Source: an uncultured virus (IMG/VR IMGVR_UViG_3300046010_007863)
Taxonomy: Duplodnaviria > Heunggongvirae > Uroviricota > Caudoviricetes
Reading direction: 5' to 3' (one strand)
IMG/VR virus record: IMGVR_UViG_3300046010_007863
Length of the DNA: 64,000 bases
In this document: one piece after another, positions 18,117 to 26,231 of the stretch
Numbering within the stretch: position 1 is the stretch's first letter
How the letters are laid out: each line of letters begins with the position of its first letter
Position numbers and translations under genes: made by a program
Notes under the pieces: generated by a model
Seen by the model: the letters and a program-made list of their open reading frames with translations, nothing else
What the model was told of the DNA's origin: nothing
Databases searched by the model: none

Positions 18117-18177
18117 TAAGTAGTTGATTTATAAGGACTTACGTCATCGGCGTAAGTCCTTTATTTTTAAGGACTTA
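18117..18177. repeat. Two copies of the 25-bp palindrome
   Basis: TAAGTAGTT-GATTTAT-AAGGACTTA (18117-18141) and TAAGTCCTT-TATTTTT-AAGGACTTA (18153-18177). Confidence 0.75.
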
Positions 18178-18532
18178 AATACGGGGTTTAAATCGTTTTT
18201 AAGAGGGTTTTATTGGTCAGGGTATAGTCGTATATGGGTTATCAAATAAAAACGTCCCTACGGGGACGGTAGGGGTCAAAAACGGGGTGTTTATAGGTGT
18301 TAAAATGACCACTTTTTATTCCTACGGAATCTGAAGGTGCCTATTTACAAAATGTCAATAATTTTGACAGTATGTAAAATAACACTTGACTCGTATTGAT
18401 TTATTTTGTATCTTTACAGTGAACACGGGAAAAGAGTGAACACTTAAAAAAGAGTTAATCTATTATAGTTATTATAGTAGTAATAGTAATAATAGAAGTA
18501 ATAGTATAACTGTAATATAAAGGTTATGTAGT

Positions 18533-18796
18533 ATGATAAATAATATAATTAGAACAGAAGATAAAGTATATCTGGTTAGAAGAATACTGAATGAAAATAC
18601 TTCACAAGAATCTGCTACACAAATCCATCATAATCTTGGAACAGATACATTACTTCGTAACAAAGACGGTAAGTGGTATTGTTGTATTTCTGCAAAAGAC
18701 GCAGAGTTTCATGATGTAGAGGTCGTACCTACTGAATCTCGTGAAACATACGAGGGTACTGAATTTGAACTTGGGGACAACGGCGGCCTCTGCTAA
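18533..18796 (+). CDS. Hypothetical protein
   Basis: 87-aa ORF. Confidence 0.6.
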   Translation: MINNIIRTEDKVYLVRRILNENTSQESATQIHHNLGTDTLLRNKDGKWYCCISAKDAEFHDVEVVPTESRETYEGTEFELGDNGGLC

Positions 18797-18803
18797 AAAA
18801 TCA

Positions 18804-18835
18804 TTTGGAATTGTCCCAAAAATTTCTTATTATTG
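18804..18835 (+). promoter_or_regulatory. Promoter-like TTTGGAATTGTC...TATTATTG
   Basis: Same upstream 12-mer and spacing as 16565; TATTTATA at 18855 and TTATCCACA at 18927-18935 follow. Confidence 0.55.
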
Positions 18836-18950
18836 TAATAACAAAAACAACTGATATTTATACTTGGTCGGTATAATGTTGTTGTAATACACCTGTGTCT
18901 TTAGACACAAAGAATGAAAACATATATTATCCACAAAAGAGAGAGTTGAT

Positions 18951-19439
18951 ATGACTAACAAATGGAAACGGGTTACAACCGTCTCAATCATTGTGACTGC
19001 CTTCGTGACAATCGCAATGAAACCCTTCTCAAAGGGTGAGGTTCTAAAAGACGTGTTGTATTCATCTATCGTTTGGGTTGAGTCGAAAGGCAATGCAAAC
19101 GCAAAATCAAGAGACGGGTCTGTTGGAATTGTCCAAATCAAACCTGTTATGGTCAAGGAAGTAAACCGAATCTGTAAGATTCAAGGACTTGATAAGAAGT
19201 TCACTCTTGCTGACCGAAAGAATCCGGCAAAGTCTGCCGAGATGTTTTGGATTTACCAGGAGTTTTATAACCCTGACCTTAATTTAGATTCGCTTTCAAA
19301 AGAGGACATGGCGACCCTCGCAAGAAAGTGGAATGGTGGACCAAAGGGACACATGAAACGTGCTACAAAAAAGTATTGGAAGAAGGTGTCAAATCGGGTA
19401 AACTTGGAGCTAGAAGAACGTAATCTAGCAAAGATGTAA
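18951..19439 (+). CDS. Lysozyme-fold lytic transglycosylase with N-terminal signal/anchor
   Basis: IVWVESKGN (catalytic Glu), GIVQI, ARKWNGGP, TKKYWKKV. Confidence 0.8.
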   Translation: MTNKWKRVTTVSIIVTAFVTIAMKPFSKGEVLKDVLYSSIVWVESKGNANAKSRDGSVGIVQIKPVMVKEVNRICKIQGLDKKFTLADRKNPAKSAEMFWIYQEFYNPDLNLDSLSKEDMATLARKWNGGPKGHMKRATKKYWKKVSNRVNLELEERNLAKM

Positions 19440-19445
19440 AAATGG

Positions 19446-19523
19446 GGGATAGAAGAACGTTGTATAGAGTGATGAGAACATCATCAACATATACCGACCA
19501 AATTAGTTCTTCTATCCCTTTTT
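19446..19523 (+). terminator. Long-hairpin intrinsic terminator
   Basis: GGGATAGAAGAAC...GTTCTTCTATCCC followed by a T-run; inner GATG-AGAA-CATC hairpin. Confidence 0.7.
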
Positions 19524-19580
19524 ATTTTTTATGAGTGATATTTATTGATAATCAATTTACTTCAAACGGGGGTAATACAA

Positions 19581-19820
19581 GTGGAATTTATAGTTACTTT
19601 TCTTATTGGATTTTTTAGTTATTGGATTCTGACGAAAGAAGATTTGTTATCGAAACAAAGTTCTACGTGTCCTGAAAAAGAATCTATTGTTAGAATTGCA
19701 GAGACTTGTAGCATAGATTCTTATAAACTGAGAAAAAATTTGAAAGAATACTCCCTCATAAAAATCCAAGAAGGCCGATACGAATACGCCGACGTGTTAG
19801 AGACATTGAAACGAAAATAA
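19581..19820 (+). CDS. Small membrane-anchored protein
   Basis: Probable GTG start; N-terminal hydrophobic helix. Confidence 0.5.
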   Translation: MEFIVTFLIGFFSYWILTKEDLLSKQSSTCPEKESIVRIAETCSIDSYKLRKNLKEYSLIKIQEGRYEYADVLETLKRK

Positions 19821-19846
19821 TAAAGTAAACTTACACAAGAAGTAAA

Positions 19847-20668
19847 ATGGTTTTCTTCCTATACAGCGATAAAAATTACGAATACCAAGCTGAAAATTGC
19901 ATCCGAACATTAGAAGAACGAGTACCAACGAAAACAAAGATTGTTTATTTTACCGTTGGATTTGACTCTGATTTAGAGTTTAGGAACTTGCACAAAGTAA
20001 GAATAGAAAAGAATCTATCATATCCTGCTTTCAATTTCTATAAGCCAGAGATTTGTCTAAAAGTGATGGATATGTTTCCAAACGAGGATTATGTTTTTAC
20101 AGATACTGATGTTCTATTCTCAAAAAGACTTATATCGGAAAATCTAAAACATACAGAATCTTATCCACTTGCAAGTTTTGGACCACATGAATATCTCTTT
20201 TCATGGGAAAGTATAGACGGTGAATATATTGAGTATTCTGAAGCAGAACTTATGAAATATCTAAACGTTTCTGATAGAACACAACGATATGTCTTTTCAT
20301 GTCTTTTTTCTTTCAATGAACATTGTAGAGATTTTATAGAAGAATGGTATTCAATTTGTTGTAACAAATACCTCTTGGATAGACGAAAAAAATTCTTTCC
20401 TTTTACCGATGAAACTTCATTCAATATCTGTCTTTGGAAACGAGGGGCAACCAAAAATCTCGGATATGCATTTCTAAATACACATTTGTTATCAACAATA
20501 AAATCAATAGAAGAAGGTATAACATCTGGAAATTTTGTGGGTGGTATAAATGATTTACTTGGATTGAATTGGGAAAAAGTAGAAGACACGAATAAAACTT
20601 TCTTTTATCACGGAATAAAAGATAAAGATGAAATGAGAGAATCTTCTCTGTATTTACAAAATATTTGA
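19847..20668 (+). CDS. GT-A-fold glycosyltransferase-like protein
   Basis: YKP...YVFTDTDVLF (DxD), DETSFN, FYHG. Confidence 0.65.
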   Translation: MVFFLYSDKNYEYQAENCIRTLEERVPTKTKIVYFTVGFDSDLEFRNLHKVRIEKNLSYPAFNFYKPEICLKVMDMFPNEDYVFTDTDVLFSKRLISENLKHTESYPLASFGPHEYLFSWESIDGEYIEYSEAELMKYLNVSDRTQRYVFSCLFSFNEHCRDFIEEWYSICCNKYLLDRRKKFFPFTDETSFNICLWKRGATKNLGYAFLNTHLLSTIKSIEEGITSGNFVGGINDLLGLNWEKVEDTNKTFFYHGIKDKDEMRESSLYLQNI

Positions 20669-20700
20669 ACACTATTTATAATAAACAAACGAGAGACAAA

Positions 20701-21192
20701 ATGACAAATCGTGAAAAACAATTGAAGTCTATGTTGAACTATTACGGTATTGACATGGCTCCTGTAAAGGACGAAAAGATGAACAAGAAAGAACAAAAGA
20801 ATTTCTTGGACACCTTCAATCGTAATTACGATGTATATGCGGTTCAAGATATTCTGAAAAAAGTAAGAGATAAACTGAAGGATAAATTAGACAACCCTGA
20901 AGAAAATGATGACCCATTTTTCAATAATCTAAAAAAAGATGAAGAAGAATCTGATGGAGATATATTTCCAAAAGATCCAAATGCATCTTCTAATAGAAGA
21001 ATCGGTTATAACGACCCTGAAATGCAAAACTTTGGGTTCATGAATCTAAATCCTGAAATAGAACAATTCATAACATGGGTTTCCGATTTACTTTATTCGG
21101 CAGACCACAGAGTTGTGATAAGTGAAGAAGGTGAAGTCACACATATTCGTTTGGAAAAAATAAAGAAGAAGAGGGGTGGAAGAAAGAAGTAA
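20701..21192 (+). CDS. Hypothetical protein
   Basis: ATG at 20701 downstream of TATTTATA 20673-20680. Confidence 0.65.
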   Translation: MTNREKQLKSMLNYYGIDMAPVKDEKMNKKEQKNFLDTFNRNYDVYAVQDILKKVRDKLKDKLDNPEENDDPFFNNLKKDEEESDGDIFPKDPNASSNRRIGYNDPEMQNFGFMNLNPEIEQFITWVSDLLYSADHRVVISEEGEVTHIRLEKIKKKRGGRKK

Positions 21193-21454
21193 CTATATCG
21201 AATGGTTATTCAACCTCGAAGAAATTTTGAGAGATTTCAATATAGAATACTCTGACTACGACGAATTTTATGTAAACGAAGCAATAATGGAAACAGAACG
21301 AATCATAGAAGAACAACATATAACGGGAGACAATTCACTCACGGAATCTATGATTGATGATTACATGAAAAACGCCATAAAAAAAGAACCTTCTAAAAAA
21401 GACTACTACGAAACAATTTCAAGCTATGTCAAAAAAAGACTCCTACACCACTAA
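21176..21454 (+). CDS. Acidic hypothetical protein
   Basis: GTG start with GAGG RBS. Confidence 0.55.
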   Translation: MEERSNYIEWLFNLEEILRDFNIEYSDYDEFYVNEAIMETERIIEEQHITGDNSLTESMIDDYMKNAIKKEPSKKDYYETISSYVKKRLLHH

Positions 21455-21788
21455 TCACGATGATATTCCTGTTTGGACAAAACATCAGAATTTAGACTTT
21501 AGAAGTAATGCAGAAATGTTATCTTGGGTAACAGATGACAAAGTAAATTTTACTCTGTCAGATAGGGTTTATGACGCAATGGTGGACTGTTTAGAGAACG
21601 AAATAAACGCAATTATAGTTGCAACCATACGAGTCGAAGGTGGTTCTCAAATTGATGTTATGATTCGCAAAGACAACTTCCAAAAGATATTCAGTTCATA
21701 TGTTGAGAGATTACTTGCGGCGGAGAAATACGAAAGACTTGCGGTAATAAAACAACAAGTTCAAAAATATAATTTGGAAATTACATAA
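21426..21788 (+). CDS. Hypothetical protein with C-terminal UVR-like motif
   Basis: LLAAEKYERLAVIKQQV. Confidence 0.65.
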   Translation: MSKKDSYTTNHDDIPVWTKHQNLDFRSNAEMLSWVTDDKVNFTLSDRVYDAMVDCLENEINAIIVATIRVEGGSQIDVMIRKDNFQKIFSSYVERLLAAEKYERLAVIKQQVQKYNLEIT

Positions 21789-21804
21789 TTTTTTCGTAGT
21801 TTAT
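21773..21804 (+). promoter_or_regulatory. Promoter-like TTTGGA...CG-TAGTTTAT ahead of the thyX operon
   Basis: Conserved spacing; TTATTCACA at 21816-21824. Confidence 0.5.
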
Positions 21805-21836
21805 TCTATTCACAATTATTCACAACATATAGATTT

Positions 21837-22031
21837 ATGGGACGAGATTACAGACACAAAACAAAGAAATCCGAACGATTTGAAGACGGATATGAAATGT
21901 TCAAAGAAAAGAAGTTGGATTCTTATGACCGAAACAAAGGTCGGAAACAAAACAAAATCAATCTAAATCAATTCCAAATTCAAGAAGATGATGACGTCAT
22001 CGAGATGGAATTTGAAGAAGGTGAGGAATAA
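21837..22031 (+). CDS. Small charged hypothetical protein
   Basis: 64-aa ORF abutting thyX. Confidence 0.6.
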   Translation: MGRDYRHKTKKSERFEDGYEMFKEKKLDSYDRNKGRKQNKINLNQFQIQEDDDVIEMEFEEGEE

Positions 22032-22688
22032 ATGTCAGTCAAATTAGTTTCAATTACACATCCATCTCTTGAGAAGCAGATGACACCTGAAGAGTTTGTT
22101 GTTTACATCGCTCGTGTATCTAATCCATCAAATCAGATGAATGTAGAAACATCTCCACGTCTTATCAATTATCTCATCAAACACAAACATTGGTCTCCGT
22201 TTGAGTTTGTTGATATGACTGTGGAAATTGTAACAAGACGTTCGATTGCCGCACAAATTCTTCGTCACAAGTCATTCTCATTCCAAGAATTTTCACAACG
22301 ATATTCTTCTGCAACATCTGTTCAAGATATTGAACTTCGTAAACAAGCAGAGAAGAATCGTCAATCATCTGCGGAAGCTTACAATCCTGAATGGGTTGGT
22401 GGTGTAAAGTTATCGGATATTGTATCTGGTCACTTTCAAGCATCCCTAAATCTTTACAACGAGATGATTCAAGCTGGTATCGCTCGTGAAGTTGCTCGTG
22501 ATGTACTTCCACTTGCAACAGAAACAACAATGTATATGAAGGGTTCGCTTCGTTCTTGGATTCACTACCTCGAACTTCGTACACTCGAAGATACACAGAA
22601 AGAACACCGAGATATTGCGAACGGTATTCGTGATGTTTTTGCACAGAACTTCCCAAGTATTTCTGAGGCAATCGGATGGGGAATGTAA
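22032..22688 (+). CDS. thyX: Flavin-dependent thymidylate synthase
   Basis: HWSPFE, QILRHKSFSFQEFSQRY (ThyX motif), AREVARDVLP, TQKEHR. Confidence 0.95.
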   Translation: MSVKLVSITHPSLEKQMTPEEFVVYIARVSNPSNQMNVETSPRLINYLIKHKHWSPFEFVDMTVEIVTRRSIAAQILRHKSFSFQEFSQRYSSATSVQDIELRKQAEKNRQSSAEAYNPEWVGGVKLSDIVSGHFQASLNLYNEMIQAGIAREVARDVLPLATETTMYMKGSLRSWIHYLELRTLEDTQKEHRDIANGIRDVFAQNFPSISEAIGWGM

Positions 22689-22921
22689 AAAAGTTTTATG
22701 AGGAGTCCCTAAACTTCAATTGGGAAATGTTAGAACAAAACCCAAATTACTTCATTGAAATGAACTCAATGACTGACTTTCAAAAGTTAGATGAACTATA
22801 CGATATGTATATCTATTTTCTTGAGAAAGATGAATTTGAAAAGTGTAATGTAATACAGAATAATATAACGGCGGTAAGAAACAACTATCATAAAGTAATT
22901 AGAGAGAAAAAATCGTTATGA
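22676..22921 (+). CDS. Hypothetical protein with UVR-like motif
   Basis: YFLEKDEFEKCNVIQNNI. Confidence 0.55.
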   Translation: MGNVKKFYEESLNFNWEMLEQNPNYFIEMNSMTDFQKLDELYDMYIYFLEKDEFEKCNVIQNNITAVRNNYHKVIREKKSL

Positions 22922-23229
22922 CTGAAACAGAGAAGGTTATGAAACGTGTACTGAAAAAAGTACCAAATGCAAAAATGCTTTTTGATTCGGAAAAAAATTT
23001 GTATATTGATGTAAATGGAGTGAATCTATCGGAGGAACATCTACTCCCTCCAACCAAAGACCCACAAAAGGCATGGGAAATGGCTGACTTGAGTTTGAAG
23101 ATGACACAGAATTTTGATAGAACTCATCCAATGCGAACTGAACATTATTCATCAAATGATACGAAGAAACGTATCAATCGTAGAAGAAAAAAGACAATAG
23201 ATTTTTATGGATACTACAACAATGACTAA
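22918..23229 (+). CDS. Hypothetical protein
   Basis: ATGA-coupled 103-aa ORF. Confidence 0.65.
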   Translation: MTETEKVMKRVLKKVPNAKMLFDSEKNLYIDVNGVNLSEEHLLPPTKDPQKAWEMADLSLKMTQNFDRTHPMRTEHYSSNDTKKRINRRRKKTIDFYGYYNND

Positions 23230-23752
23230 TACGGATGAAATAACAATCTTTGATGAGATTGTAAATTGTGGAATTCTTGAAGATGATACTGTTGTAAATT
23301 TTGGGGCCGGTCATCAAGAAGGTAAGTTTTTGGAAACTCTTTTGGATTATAACGGCACACTCGGTAATGAACTCATAACTGCGGTCGAACCTAATAAGAA
23401 AAGAATAAAATCGTTATCAAAAAAATTCAAAGGAGAATCTGTTTCTTATTTCGAAGGTTCTCTCCAAGAGTATATTGATTCTGAACACAATGATGCAGAC
23501 TGGACTGTAATAACAGGTCTATTTGATTCGGGAATTTATGAAAACAATCAGTTCAGTTTTATAAACGAGGTTGTACAAAATTCACTCGAATACTCTAGAA
23601 AAGGTGTTATTTTTACTATAAGAATAACCGAGTCAGAAACACTTCGATATTATGATAATTATCTTTTTACGGAATTTGTAAATAGTTATGATAAATTCAC
23701 CGTAAAAAAATTTGGTGATGGTAATTATGTTTTTTGTATTTTCAAACAATAA
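23207..23752 (+). CDS. Class I SAM-dependent methyltransferase-like protein (possibly degenerate)
   Basis: VVNFGAG motif I, ITAVEPN, ADWTVITGLF, KGVIFT. Confidence 0.6.
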   Translation: MDTTTMTNTDEITIFDEIVNCGILEDDTVVNFGAGHQEGKFLETLLDYNGTLGNELITAVEPNKKRIKSLSKKFKGESVSYFEGSLQEYIDSEHNDADWTVITGLFDSGIYENNQFSFINEVVQNSLEYSRKGVIFTIRITESETLRYYDNYLFTEFVNSYDKFTVKKFGDGNYVFCIFKQ

Positions 23753-23764
23753 AAGGAAGAGGTT

Positions 23765-24157
23765 ATGTCCCTTACTTTACTTATAGTCCTTATTACCGCA
23801 GTTGTTGCTGGTGTGGGATTTTGGTTCTACAATCGTAGACAAATCAATTCATTGACTGAAACTCTTGAAGACAAGAATGCAGTCATCAACAGTTTCCGTG
23901 GACACTTGTCAACACCATCTGAATCAGAAATAGTGATTGAATCAGTCAAGAATTTCGATGCAAATGATGGATGGCACGGTTCAACGACGGTTACTTCAAC
24001 AACAGTTACTTCAAGTCCTAATCCTGAAAAGAAAAAGAAACGGTATTCTAACAGGCCAAAGAAGAGTGGTAATGTGAATAATAACCAACCTTCTCAAAAA
24101 TCCACACCAAAAAAGAATGACGATGGTAGGGGTAAAAAGCCAAAGAAACAACAATAA
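23765..24157 (+). CDS. Membrane-anchored protein with basic disordered tail
   Basis: N-terminal TM helix; Lys-rich C-terminus. Confidence 0.65.
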   Translation: MSLTLLIVLITAVVAGVGFWFYNRRQINSLTETLEDKNAVINSFRGHLSTPSESEIVIESVKNFDANDGWHGSTTVTSTTVTSSPNPEKKKKRYSNRPKKSGNVNNNQPSQKSTPKKNDDGRGKKPKKQQ

Positions 24158-24191
24158 AATCTAATGATAAACTTCATTTGATATAAGTTAT

Positions 24192-24222
24192 AATGGGAAA
24201 TCAGAATATGGTTTTCCATTTT
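24192..24222 (+). terminator. Hairpin terminator
   Basis: AATGGGAAATC...GGTTTTCCATT + T-run. Confidence 0.5.
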
Positions 24223-24279
24223 ACTTTATATTTATAGTAGAAATGAATGATTTTATTATGAAGTAGATGGAGATACTAA

Positions 24280-24915
24280 ATGGCACTGGTAACTATTGGA
24301 ACACAAACTTGGGACGACCAAAATCTTGACGTTGATGCTTTTGGTGATGGAGTATCTATTGCTCAGGCATCATCTTCTCAACAATGGATAGACTATTGTG
24401 CAGCAGGTACACCGGCTTGGAGATATTATAATGATGATTCGAGTAATGCTGATACATACGGAAAATTATACAATTGGTATGTTGTTAGTGCATCAATAAC
24501 CGCCCATCCGATTGTAGAGAATCCACAGTTCAAAGTACCGGCATCTTCTGATTATAACACACTCATAACTTATTTGGGTGGTACACGAGCAGCAGGACAT
24601 CCACTAAAAAATACAGAAAACTGGGGAACTTTGAATCGTATATCTGGAAATGGTTCCAATGCCTCTGGTTGGAAAGGAAACCCTGGTGGATTCCAAACTG
24701 TTGACGGTGAGTTTTTTGATTTGACTTGGAGTGGCAACTGGTGGTCAAATACAACTGCATCTGTAAGTGATGCTATATCTTATAAGTTGTACTGGTCTAA
24801 CAGATCTGCAATTTCAATAAATACACCAAAAACAATGGGTCTTTCAATCCGTCTTATACTTTCTGGTTCATGGACTGGAAGTAATGGATTCCGTCCGAGT
24901 GAAAACTGGGGATAA
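24280..24915 (+). CDS. Fibrobacter succinogenes major paralogous (FISUMP) domain protein
   Basis: VTIGTQTW..QNLDV, YGKLYNWY, L.TYLGG...AG..LK, NASGW.GNPGG, GNWWS, GLSIRLI. Confidence 0.85.
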   Translation: MALVTIGTQTWDDQNLDVDAFGDGVSIAQASSSQQWIDYCAAGTPAWRYYNDDSSNADTYGKLYNWYVVSASITAHPIVENPQFKVPASSDYNTLITYLGGTRAAGHPLKNTENWGTLNRISGNGSNASGWKGNPGGFQTVDGEFFDLTWSGNWWSNTTASVSDAISYKLYWSNRSAISINTPKTMGLSIRLILSGSWTGSNGFRPSENWG

Positions 24916-24938
24916 GATATAACACATAAAAATAATTG

Positions 24939-24978
24939 AATGGGAGACAAGATTTTTCTTGTTTCCCATTGTTTTTTT
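24939..24978 (+). terminator. Hairpin terminator
   Basis: AATGGGAGACAAGA...TCTTGTTTCCCATT + T-run. Confidence 0.65.
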
Positions 24979-25017
24979 CCTTATATTAGAACTCACATTA
25001 TTCATCATAGGATTGTT

Positions 25018-25935
25018 ATGAATCTCGGTTATGCCTGTATCAATATGACCCTCGGTAAGAAGAAGATTACCACCAATCGGTCAATGATAAAGAAAACGTT
25101 TCTTCAACGTGGTATCAATTATGCCGCTGAACTTGGTCTCCAAAACGTCAAGGACTTGGAAACTATTATTCATTGGAACGTAGAAAACAACATCAAACTT
25201 TTCCGTATCTCATCCGATATGTTCCCGTGGGCATCCGAATACGGTATAGAAAACATCCCTAACATACAGGAAATTACAGAGGTAATGAAACGTACAGGTG
25301 AGTATGTAAAACTCAATGGCGTTCGTTTAGGGTGTCACCCTGGCCCTTTTAACGTACTATGTTCACCGAATGAAAAAGTAGTTCAGAACACTATTATTGA
25401 CTTAGAAAACCACGGTAAAGTTCTTGACTTACTTCAACTTTCACATACACCATACAACAAGATAAACATCCATTGTAACGGTACATATGGTGATAAAATT
25501 GCAAGTATGCAACGTTTTTGTGACAACTATGACAGATTGTCAGAGTCTGTCAAATCTCGTCTTACAGTTGAGAATGATGACAAGGCGAGTATGTATAGTG
25601 TGAAAGACTTGATGTATATCCACGAACGTACTGGTATTCCAATTGTGTTTGATTATCACCATCACACGTTCAATACAGGTGGTCTAACTGAACAAGAAGC
25701 CCTTGAACTTGCTATGTCAACGTGGCCGGATGGTATTACTCCTGTTGTTCATTACTCATCATCCAAACCAAAGGAGTCGGGTAATCCAAAAGACAAACCA
25801 CAGGCTCATGCAGATTACATTTTGGAGAAAATAAATACTTATAGTCATAACGTAGATATTATGTTGGAATGTAAAGCCAAAGAATTGGCACTACTCGAAT
25901 ATCGTAAACACAATGGAGAAATTCAAAATGGATAG
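25018..25935 (+). CDS. uvsE: UV damage endonuclease (UVDE)
   Basis: MNLGYACIN, FRISSDMFPW, HPGPFNVL, INIHCNG, LTVENDD, VFDYHHH, HYS, QAHADY, MLECKAKE; start set to ATG 25018. Confidence 0.93.
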   Translation: MNLGYACINMTLGKKKITTNRSMIKKTFLQRGINYAAELGLQNVKDLETIIHWNVENNIKLFRISSDMFPWASEYGIENIPNIQEITEVMKRTGEYVKLNGVRLGCHPGPFNVLCSPNEKVVQNTIIDLENHGKVLDLLQLSHTPYNKINIHCNGTYGDKIASMQRFCDNYDRLSESVKSRLTVENDDKASMYSVKDLMYIHERTGIPIVFDYHHHTFNTGGLTEQEALELAMSTWPDGITPVVHYSSSKPKESGNPKDKPQAHADYILEKINTYSHNVDIMLECKAKELALLEYRKHNGEIQNG

Positions 25936-26221
25936 AAAGAGATTACAAAAACTCGCTGGTATTATAACAGAAAATTATGTTTCTGAATCTATACCACAAA
26001 ATGTTATGAATCAAAAATACAAGTATGTTGGTAAGACATTAGAGATAGAACCAGGTTCAGATGTTTTTGATTCACTCGATGATTTCTTTGCAGAGATACG
26101 TTATAGTTGGGACACAACAGAAACTGAAGTTCAGAAGTACATAGATTCTCTTTCATACGAAGGTGGAAAGATTGTTTCTAATCATTCTGGTACAAAACAA
26201 GTAGAGTTGGTAAAACAGTAA
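25928..26221 (+). CDS. Hypothetical protein with N-terminal RLQKLAGIITE motif
   Basis: GGAG RBS; motif shared with 1133..1498. Confidence 0.65.
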   Translation: MDRKRLQKLAGIITENYVSESIPQNVMNQKYKYVGKTLEIEPGSDVFDSLDDFFAEIRYSWDTTETEVQKYIDSLSYEGGKIVSNHSGTKQVELVKQ

Positions 26222-26231
26222 GAGTGAACTT

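Noticed and set aside
3820..18177. 25-bp palindromes as CRISPR repeats
   Set aside because: Dispersed or separated by only 3-14 bp, no regular unique spacers and no cas genes
24280..24915. Diversity-generating retroelement around the FISUMP gene
   Set aside because: No reverse transcriptase or adenine-variant template repeat seen in this window
24940..25017. N-terminal extensions given by the track (uvsE from 24940, AAA from 3800, vWA from 5089, ORF from 4915)
   Set aside because: They overlap terminator or promoter elements; downstream ATGs have an RBS or match the family start
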